A DNA stretch of 64,000 nucleotides from an uncultured Pelagibacteraceae bacterium (GTDB lineage Bacteria; Pseudomonadota; Alphaproteobacteria; Pelagibacterales; Pelagibacteraceae). This document shows, piece by piece, positions 56,987-64,000 of this stretch; position 1 is the stretch's first letter; every line of letters begins with the position of its first letter. The stretch is taken from positions 10,779 to 74,778 of the forward strand of contig CACJSX010000002.1 in the NCBI GenBank assembly GCA_902596185.1, read 5' to 3'. Made by a program: the position numbers and the translations under genes. The notes under the pieces are model-generated. The model was not told the origin of the DNA. It was given only the letters and a program-made list of their open reading frames with translations, and made no database searches.

Positions 56987-59178
56987 TATTTACTCATATA
57001 GTTATTAAACCAATTTTTATTCGTAGTTGACAATTCGTCAATTGCAACTTTTGTCTTATCGTTAATATATAGTTCATTTTTAATAATTGTACCAAGTTCA
57101 TCAAAATGGACTGCATTTTTATTCAATATATCAGCTACTTTTTTAAAATCTTTTTTGTTTATTTCTATAATATATCTACCTTGATCTTCAGCAAAAAAGT
57201 ATTCTATTTCATTAATTAAATATTTAGGTTTTTTAATATTTATTCCTTTTTTTCCTTTAATACACATTTTTGCTACAGCAGTAATTATGCCACCTAAAGA
57301 AACATCGTGTGCACTTTTTATTAAATTATTATCTATCAATTTTAGCAAGGTTTCTCCATTATTTTTTTCATTAAACAAATTTACTTCAGGAGGAGGTCCA
57401 TTTTTTTCATCTAAAATGGTTCTCGCAAATAAACTTTGATCAATATGTCCTTCAGTTTTTCCAATTACTAAAACTAAATTATCAAATTCTTTAAACTCCA
57501 TAGTGATCATATTTTTATAATCCCTGATTAAACCAACTCCACCAATTGCAGGCGTGGGTTTTATTCCTTTTTCTTTTGTTTGATTGTAGAAAGATACATT
57601 TCCAGAAACTACCGGAAATTTTAAATATTCGCTTGCTTCACCAATGCCTTGAACACATTCAACAAATTCTCCCATATTTTCTTCATTTTCAGGGCTACCA
57701 AAATTTAAACAATTGGTTATAGCAATTGGTTTGGCACCAACAGATATAAGATTTCTAAAACTTTCGCAAACTACTTGTTTTCCACCAGTTAAAGGATGAG
57801 CCCAGCAATAAACAGCAGAGGAATCTACAGCAGCAGCCACTGCTTTATCCGTCCCATGAACTCTAACAACACCCGCATCACCACCAGGTTTTTGTATTGT
57901 ATCTCCCATTACTGTATGATCATATTGTTGCCAAATCCATTCTTTACTGCATACATTTGGATTAGCTAAAATTTTTTTTAATACATCAATAATTTTTAAA
58001 TGCTTAGTGTCTTCTTTTTTAATTCTATTTTTTTTAGGAAGTTTTGTTTTTTTCCATTTACGATCATACATAGGAGAGTTTTCAACTAGAGTATTAACTG
58101 GAATATCCGCAACTTTTTCTTCATCAAAATAAAGTTCTATTTTTTTTGACTTAGTAGTTTTTCCTATTACTGCAAAATCTAAATTCCATTTATCAAATAT
58201 TTTTTTTGCTTGTCCTTCTTTGCCATTTTCTAAAACAATCAACATTCTTTCTTGACTCTCTGAAAGCATTATTTCATAAGGTGTCATCTTGGCTTCTCTA
58301 CAAGGTACTTTGTTTAAATTAATTTCTATTCCAAGGTTTCCTTTTGAAGCCATTTCAATACTTGAAGAAGTTAAACCGGCAGCACCCATATCCTGGATAG
58401 CTATAATTGAGTCTTCTACCATTAGCTCTAAACAAGCTTCTAGTAAAAGTTTTTCTGTAAACGGATCTCCAACTTGAACTGTTGGTTTCTTTTCTTCGAT
58501 TTTTTCATCAAAGCTAGCTGAAGCCATACTTGCACCATGTATTCCATCTCTTCCGGTTTTAGATCCAACATAAATGACGGGCTTATTTAAACCAGCAGCT
58601 TTAGAGTAAAAAATCTTATCTTTTTTGACTAATCCCAATGTCATAGCGTTAACCAAAATATTTCCATTATAGGAGCTATCAAAACTTGTTTGGCCTGCAA
58701 TTGTAGGAACACCCATACAGTTTCCATAACCACCTATTCCGTGAACTACACCTCTTATTAAATTTTTTGTTTTTTTATGTTGTGGTGATCCAAAATGTAT
58801 TGAGTTTAAATTAGCGATTGGTCTTGCACCCATTGTAAAAACATCTCTCATTATTCCTCCAACACCAGTAGCAGCTCCTTGATACGGTTCAATAAAAGAA
58901 GGGTGATTGTGGCTTTCTATTTTAAAAACTATTGCATCATTATCCTCAATATCAATAACACCAGCATTTTCTCCAGGACCTTGAATAACTTTTTTTCCTT
59001 TAGTAGGTAGTTTTTTTAAATGTAATCTTGATGATTTATAAGAACAATGTTCATTCCACATTGCAGAAAAAATCCCTAGTTCTGTAATATTGGGAGTTCT
59101 TTTTAGTAGCTCACAAATTTTAGAGTATTCATCTTTTTTTAAACCGTGATCGACTGCTACTTGTTCGTTTACAATCAT
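56986..59178 (-). CDS. purL: FGAM synthase subunit PurL
   Basis: WNEHCSYKSS, ESHNHPS, GRDGIHGA, SESQERM, SGNVSFYN. Confidence 0.97.
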   Translation of the reverse strand: MIVNEQVAVDHGLKKDEYSKICELLKRTPNITELGIFSAMWNEHCSYKSSRLHLKKLPTKGKKVIQGPGENAGVIDIEDNDAIVFKIESHNHPSFIEPYQGAATGVGGIMRDVFTMGARPIANLNSIHFGSPQHKKTKNLIRGVVHGIGGYGNCMGVPTIAGQTSFDSSYNGNILVNAMTLGLVKKDKIFYSKAAGLNKPVIYVGSKTGRDGIHGASMASASFDEKIEEKKPTVQVGDPFTEKLLLEACLELMVEDSIIAIQDMGAAGLTSSSIEMASKGNLGIEINLNKVPCREAKMTPYEIMLSESQERMLIVLENGKEGQAKKIFDKWNLDFAVIGKTTKSKKIELYFDEEKVADIPVNTLVENSPMYDRKWKKTKLPKKNRIKKEDTKHLKIIDVLKKILANPNVCSKEWIWQQYDHTVMGDTIQKPGGDAGVVRVHGTDKAVAAAVDSSAVYCWAHPLTGGKQVVCESFRNLISVGAKPIAITNCLNFGSPENEENMGEFVECVQGIGEASEYLKFPVVSGNVSFYNQTKEKGIKPTPAIGGVGLIRDYKNMITMEFKEFDNLVLVIGKTEGHIDQSLFARTILDEKNGPPPEVNLFNEKNNGETLLKLIDNNLIKSAHDVSLGGIITAVAKMCIKGKKGINIKKPKYLINEIEYFFAEDQGRYIIEINKKDFKKVADILNKNAVHFDELGTIIKNELYINDKTKVAIDELSTTNKNWFNNYMSK

Positions 59179-59858
59179 TTTAAGTTATTTATTAAATTTT
59201 TAAAAAATAATGATCCGTCCTCACCAGATAGAGATTTATCAATCATTCTTTCAGGGTGGGGCATCATACCTAGGACATTTTTGTGTTTATTGAATATACC
59301 AGCAATATTTTTTGTCGATCCATTAGGATTAAATTGATCCTCTATTTCTCCATTTTCACTACAATAATTGATAGCTATTTGATTATTATCTTCAATTTCT
59401 TTTAATTGATCGTTAGTACAAAAATAATTTCCTTCATTATGAGCTATATGAAGTTCTAAAACCTCGCTATCAACATTTTTAAAATAATTATTCTGTTTAT
59501 CGTTAATTTTTACAAAAACGTTTTTACAAATAAATTCTAAATATTTGTTTCTTAGCAAAACACCTGTAACTAAACCAGTTTCAACCAATATTTGAAATCC
59601 ATTACAGATACCCAAAACCATACCACCTGAATTTGCAAAGTTAATTACAGACTGCATTATTTTTGATTTAGATGCCATACTCCCACATCTCAAGTAATCA
59701 CCATATGAGAAACCGCCTGGTAAAACAACCAAGTCACTTTTTGGTAACTCAGTATCTGCATGCCAAACCATTTTATTTTTAAATCCAAATTTCTTCAAAG
59801 CGACATGCATGTCTCTGTCGCAATTTGAACCAGGAAAAGTAATAACTGATGATTTCAT
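59175..59858 (-). CDS. purQ: FGAM synthase glutaminase subunit PurQ
   Basis: FPGSNCD, GGFSYGD, GICNGFQ, MPHPER. Confidence 0.97.
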   Translation of the reverse strand: MKSSVITFPGSNCDRDMHVALKKFGFKNKMVWHADTELPKSDLVVLPGGFSYGDYLRCGSMASKSKIMQSVINFANSGGMVLGICNGFQILVETGLVTGVLLRNKYLEFICKNVFVKINDKQNNYFKNVDSEVLELHIAHNEGNYFCTNDQLKEIEDNNQIAINYCSENGEIEDQFNPNGSTKNIAGIFNKHKNVLGMMPHPERMIDKSLSGEDGSLFFKNLINNLK

Positions 59859-59861
59859 TAA

Positions 59862-60104
59862 TTACTTTGGATCAATAATTTTATAATTTTCAATTACAAG
59901 ATTTGCCAAAAGTTTTTTACACATTTCTTCAACTTTTGCTTTTGCTTTGCCATTATCAGTTTCTTTAGTATCTATTTCAAAATATTTACCTTGTCTAACT
60001 TCGTTAACATCATCAAAACCCATTCCATCTAAAGTTTGATGAATAACTTTTCCTTGTGGATCAAGTACATCTTTTTTTAAAGTTATGATTACTGAAATTT
60101 TCAT
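59862..60104 (-). CDS. purS: FGAM synthase subunit PurS
   Basis: VLDPQG, VRQGK, LLANLVIE. Confidence 0.95.
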   Translation of the reverse strand: MKISVIITLKKDVLDPQGKVIHQTLDGMGFDDVNEVRQGKYFEIDTKETDNGKAKAKVEEMCKKLLANLVIENYKIIDPK

Positions 60105-60886
60105 TTTTTCTTTCTTTTTATTGATGAAAGTTGGGTGACATTAACAGCAGAAACATTTGATTGTTCATGAAGTATTCCAAGTCTTTTTGCAACTTCCGTA
60201 TACGCAGGAATAAGATCTCCTAAATCTTTTCTAAATCTGTCTTTATCAAGTTTTTTATCTGTTAAAGTGTCCCATAATCTACATGTATCAGGACTTATCT
60301 CATCAGCTAATATAATTTGAGTTTTTTCACTTTCATGAGTGAGGCCAAATTCAACTTTAAAATCCACTAATTTTATTCCAACACCTCTAAACATTCCTAA
60401 TAAAAAATCATTTAATCTAGATAGATTTTCATCTATCAAATCAAGCTGAATTACATTAAGCCAATTAAAAGTTAAAATATGCTCACGACTAATTATTGGA
60501 TCTCCAAGCTTATCATCTTTCAGACAGTATTCTATTAATGGTCGTTCAAGGACAGTTCCTTCCTCTATACCCAATCTTTTAGTTAATGATCCAGTTGCAA
60601 TATTTCTTACTATAAATTCTATTGGTATTATATCAACTAGCTTTACTAGTTGTTCTCTCATATTAATTCTTTTTACTAAATGATTTTTAATTCCAACTTC
60701 AGATAAATTTGAGAGTATATGCTCAGATATTCTATTATTCAGAACACCTTTACCCTCAATTGTAGTTTTTTTTTGATTATTGAATGCAGTTGCATCATCT
60801 TTAAAATATTGGATAACTAGGTTTTTATCATTTGTTGCATAAATAATTTTAGCTTTGCCTTCGTATAATTTTTTACCTTTTTTCAT
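60101..60886 (-). CDS. purC: SAICAR synthetase
   Basis: LYEGKAK, FKDDATAF, LVDFKVEFG, LADEISPDTCR, DKDRFR. Confidence 0.97.
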   Translation of the reverse strand: MKKGKKLYEGKAKIIYATNDKNLVIQYFKDDATAFNNQKKTTIEGKGVLNNRISEHILSNLSEVGIKNHLVKRINMREQLVKLVDIIPIEFIVRNIATGSLTKRLGIEEGTVLERPLIEYCLKDDKLGDPIISREHILTFNWLNVIQLDLIDENLSRLNDFLLGMFRGVGIKLVDFKVEFGLTHESEKTQIILADEISPDTCRLWDTLTDKKLDKDRFRKDLGDLIPAYTEVAKRLGILHEQSNVSAVNVTQLSSIKRKKK

Positions 60887-62178
60887 TATTTAAAAACTCT
60901 TCTAAAGATAAAATTTACATTTTTAAAGTGTTTAGAATAATTAAATATAGACTTTAGTTTTTTTGGTGAGATTTTACTCATTATAAATTTATCAGACGAA
61001 ATGACATCAATTAAGTTTAAATTATCTGCAAAACATTTTTTCGCATAAGATTGTACTATTTTGTAAGATTTTTCTCTGCTTAATCCAGTTTTAGTTAACT
61101 CCAACATAACTTCTTGAGAAAAAATTAAACCTTTTGTTATATTTAAGTTTTCAAGCATTTTTTTAGGATAAACAATCATGTTATCTAAAATATTTGTAAG
61201 TCTAACCAATGCAAAATCAGTTGTTATATTAGCATCTGGTCCAATATTTCTCTCAACACTTGAGTGAGAAATATCTCTTTCATGCCAAAGAGCGATGTTT
61301 TCAAGTGCTGGTACAACTGCACTTCTAACCATTCTTGCTAGACCAGTTAGATTTTCACTTAAGATAGGATTTTTTTTGTGAGGCATTGCTGATGAACCTT
61401 TTTGTTTTTTTGAAAAATATTCTTGTAGTTCATAAACTTCAGTTCTTTGTAGGTGTCTTATTTCAACGGCTACTCTCTCAATAGATCCTGCAATAATCCC
61501 CAAAACTGAAAAATAAAATGCATGTCTGTCTCTCGGGATTACTTGTGTAGATATTGGCTCAACTTTTAGACCTAATTTTTTTGCAACGTGTTTTTCAACA
61601 TTAGGATTAATATTTGCAAATGTACCTACTGCACCAGAAATTGCACAAGTTGACACTTCATTAATAGCATCCTGTAGTCTTTTTCTGTTTCTTTTAAATT
61701 CCTCATAAAATGATGCTAATTTTAAACCAAATGTAATTGGTTCTGCATGAATACCATGACTTCTACCCATGCAAGGTGTGAATTTATATTTTTTAGACTG
61801 TCTTTTTAAAACTTTTAAAATTTGATCTAAATCTTTTAAAATTATTTTACCTGATTGGACTAACTGAATATTAAAACTAGTGTCTAATACATCAGAAGAG
61901 GTCATACCTTGATGTAAATACCTTGCTTTAATACCAGCTTTTTCGGTAACAGAAGTCAGAAATGCTATCACATCATGTTTAACATCAGATTCGATTTTAT
62001 GAATTCTATTTACATTAATTCTTGCTTTTTTCCTTACTGTTGACGCAACTCCTCTAGGAATATGACCAAGATTTTCCATTGCTTGTGCAGCAGCAATTTC
62101 AACATCTAGCCAAATTTTGTATTTATTTTCTTCCGACCAAATATTAGTTAATTCTTTTCGCGAGTATCTTTTAATCAT
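60886..62178 (-). CDS. purB: adenylosuccinate lyase
   Basis: HDVIAF, GRSHGIHAEP, GSSAMPHKKNP, HERDISHS. Confidence 0.97.
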   Translation of the reverse strand: MIKRYSRKELTNIWSEENKYKIWLDVEIAAAQAMENLGHIPRGVASTVRKKARINVNRIHKIESDVKHDVIAFLTSVTEKAGIKARYLHQGMTSSDVLDTSFNIQLVQSGKIILKDLDQILKVLKRQSKKYKFTPCMGRSHGIHAEPITFGLKLASFYEEFKRNRKRLQDAINEVSTCAISGAVGTFANINPNVEKHVAKKLGLKVEPISTQVIPRDRHAFYFSVLGIIAGSIERVAVEIRHLQRTEVYELQEYFSKKQKGSSAMPHKKNPILSENLTGLARMVRSAVVPALENIALWHERDISHSSVERNIGPDANITTDFALVRLTNILDNMIVYPKKMLENLNITKGLIFSQEVMLELTKTGLSREKSYKIVQSYAKKCFADNLNLIDVISSDKFIMSKISPKKLKSIFNYSKHFKNVNFIFRRVFK

Positions 62179-62181
62179 TAA

Positions 62182-62952
62182 TTATAAGTATGGAGGCTTT
62201 GAATAACCTTTAGCAGATTCTGTAAAGATTTCATAACCATTTTCGGTAATTCCTAACGTATGCTCAAATTGAGCAGATAAAGATTTATCTTTTGTAACAG
62301 CTGTCCAGCCATCATTCAACATTTTAACATCATATTTACCTGCATTAATCATTGGCTCGATGGTAAATGTCATTCCAGGCCTTAGCTCCATACCTGAGTT
62401 TTTATTTCCATAGTGTAGAATGTTTGGTGGTTCATGAAAAGTTGTGCTAATTCCATGACCACAAAAATCTCTAACCACTGAAAAACCTTTTTCTTCAACA
62501 AATGATTGAATTTCATACCCAATATTACCCAATTTTAATCCTGGTTTTAAAATTTTTATAGCTCTCATCATAGACTCATAAGTAGTCTCTATAAGGTTAT
62601 TTAATTTTACTGGTGTTTTTCCAATACAAAACATTCTGCTGGTATCTCCATAATGTTCATCAACAATTGCTGTAACGTCGACATTTATAGCATCACCGTC
62701 TTGTAAAATTCTATCAGAAGGTATTCCATGACACACAACATGATTTAATGATGTACATAAAGATTTTGTAAATCCTCTATAATAAAGTGGGGCAGAGTAA
62801 CCACCATTGTCTCTAATAAATTCATATCCTAACTTATCAACATAATCAGTAGATACACCTTCCTTTATATTTTCAGTTAACATATCTAAAGTTCTTGCTG
62901 CTAAATTTCCAGCAATTCTCATTTTTTCAAATTTTTCTTTATAATCAGTCAT
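62182..62952 (-). CDS. map: methionine aminopeptidase type I
   Basis: VCHGIP, DVT, GDTSR, CGHG, FHE, EPM, QFEHT. Confidence 0.97.
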   Translation of the reverse strand: MTDYKEKFEKMRIAGNLAARTLDMLTENIKEGVSTDYVDKLGYEFIRDNGGYSAPLYYRGFTKSLCTSLNHVVCHGIPSDRILQDGDAINVDVTAIVDEHYGDTSRMFCIGKTPVKLNNLIETTYESMMRAIKILKPGLKLGNIGYEIQSFVEEKGFSVVRDFCGHGISTTFHEPPNILHYGNKNSGMELRPGMTFTIEPMINAGKYDVKMLNDGWTAVTKDKSLSAQFEHTLGITENGYEIFTESAKGYSKPPYL

Positions 62953-63643
62953 CAATAATTTTTAATTTTTTATCTATAAAAATTTTTTTAGAATTAATAT
63001 CACATCTATATGCTAAAAAGTTAACCCCAGCTTTTTTAGCTATTAAATAACTCTTATAATATTCTTCATCTATATCTTTAGCTATTTTAAAATATTTCAT
63101 ATTTTGAATTTGAACTAAAAATATTAAATATGATTTATAACCTTTTTTTATGGCATCAATAAGGGCAAATAAATGCTTAATTCCTCTGGCTGTTGGTGCA
63201 TCAGGAAATTCAGCGGTATCTTTATTTCTAAATAAAGTAACATTTTTAACTTCTACAAAGCTTTTTTGGTTATTTTTTTCTAAACAAAAATCAAACCTCG
63301 TTTCTTTGTTAAAAAAAACCTCTGGTTTTATGACATCATTATTCGTGAGTTCATTTATAAGATTATTTTTAAGACCATGTTCAACGATTCTGTTTGCCAT
63401 ATGAGTGTTTACACCAACTAAATTTTTTCTAGATTTTATAATCTCCAATCCATATTTGAGTTTTCTTTTTGGATCATTATTAGGAATTAAATAAACCTCA
63501 TTATTCTTATCTAATAATCCTTTCATTGATCCTGTGTTAGGACAGTGGGCTGTGACAATTTCATTGGCAAGTTTAACGTCAGTAAAAAACCTTTTATAAC
63601 GTTTGATTAGTTTGCCTTTTATTAAAGACTTGGTAAATTCCAT
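62945..63643 (-). CDS. sfsA: DNA/RNA nuclease SfsA
   Basis: RYKRF, HCPNTGSM, EVKNVTL, FPDAPTARG.KH; ATG at 63643. Confidence 0.92.
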   Translation of the reverse strand: MEFTKSLIKGKLIKRYKRFFTDVKLANEIVTAHCPNTGSMKGLLDKNNEVYLIPNNDPKRKLKYGLEIIKSRKNLVGVNTHMANRIVEHGLKNNLINELTNNDVIKPEVFFNKETRFDFCLEKNNQKSFVEVKNVTLFRNKDTAEFPDAPTARGIKHLFALIDAIKKGYKSYLIFLVQIQNMKYFKIAKDIDEEYYKSYLIAKKAGVNFLAYRCDINSKKIFIDKKLKIIDD

Positions 63644-63663
63644 TACTAAATTATATATTTCAT

Positions 63664-64000
63664 ATGGATAAAAAAGCAAAAGTAAATGCATCAATCTTAA
63701 TAATCGGTAATGAAATTTTGTCTGGTAGGACCCAAGATACAAATACCTCAACTTTAGCAATTTGGCTTAATTCAATTGGAGTTAATGTTTCAGAAGTTCG
63801 TGTAATACCAGATGTGGAAAAAACAATAGTTGATACTTTAAATTTACTTAGATCAAATTATGATTATGTATTTACTACAGGAGGTATTGGACCAACCCAT
63901 GATGATATTACAGCTCAATCTGTTTCAAAAGCATTTGGAATAAAATACGAGGTTCATAAAGAAGCTTTTAAAATTTTAGAAGCCTATTACCAACCAGGTG
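63664..64000 (+). CDS. CinA-like molybdopterin-binding-fold protein, 3'-truncated by window (absent from ORF track)
   Basis: Manual translation MDKKAKVNASILIIGNEILSGRTQDTN...FTTGGIGPTHDDIT. Confidence 0.9.
   Translation, partial: MDKKAKVNASILIIGNEILSGRTQDTNTSTLAIWLNSIGVNVSEVRVIPDVEKTIVDTLNLLRSNYDYVFTTGGIGPTHDDITAQSVSKAFGIKYEVHKEAFKILEAYYQPG

Noticed and set aside
5272-63404. Short antisense or nested ORFs in the track (e.g. 5272, 7366, 11240, 13573, 15358, 18741, 26235, 33976, 47713, 51059, 63150)
   Set aside because: They lie within or opposite well-supported genes and show no recognisable motifs; shadow frames
63644-63760. 39-aa N-terminal extension of SfsA
   Set aside because: Overlaps the divergent cinA-like gene beginning at 63664; ATG 63643 fits the family start

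Overview
A very AT-rich, tightly packed chromosomal segment. Gene content and streamlining (tiny or overlapping intergenic gaps) point to Candidatus Pelagibacter / SAR11, an alphaproteobacterium; this is inferred, not searched. Left to right: partial GcvT-family dehydrogenase, elongator tRNA-Met, a purine PRTase and guaC, a dTDP-sugar/glycosyltransferase cluster, and an adenine/MTA salvage and polyamine block (apt, mtnP, mtnA, class II aldolase, speD-speE fusion) interrupted by an inverted trpB2-DUF1015 pair. Then a basic-amino-acid ABC transporter lacking its ATPase, TctCBA, housekeeping genes (rpoZ, dusA, PMM/PGM, nrdAB), prpDBC, a half-length glmU with glmS, dhaKL, DAHP synthase, nadE, cysS, cimA, trmJ, rpsD, grxD-bolA, purBCSQL, map, sfsA and partial cinA. 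I saw no CRISPR, transposase, integrase or prophage. Best new-biology candidate: a trpB2 + DUF1015 operon in which DUF1015 carries SerK/SbnI-like free-serine-kinase motifs and could supply the O-phosphoserine that TrpB2 enzymes use, giving a two-gene indole-salvage module. Also notable: an orphan sRNA candidate, a LexA box plus NrdR boxes at nrdAB, an acetyltransferase-only GlmU, a His-type Fe-S-less 3-dehydratase in a dTDP cluster, and a ~315-residue Pro/Gly-free charged helix protein.
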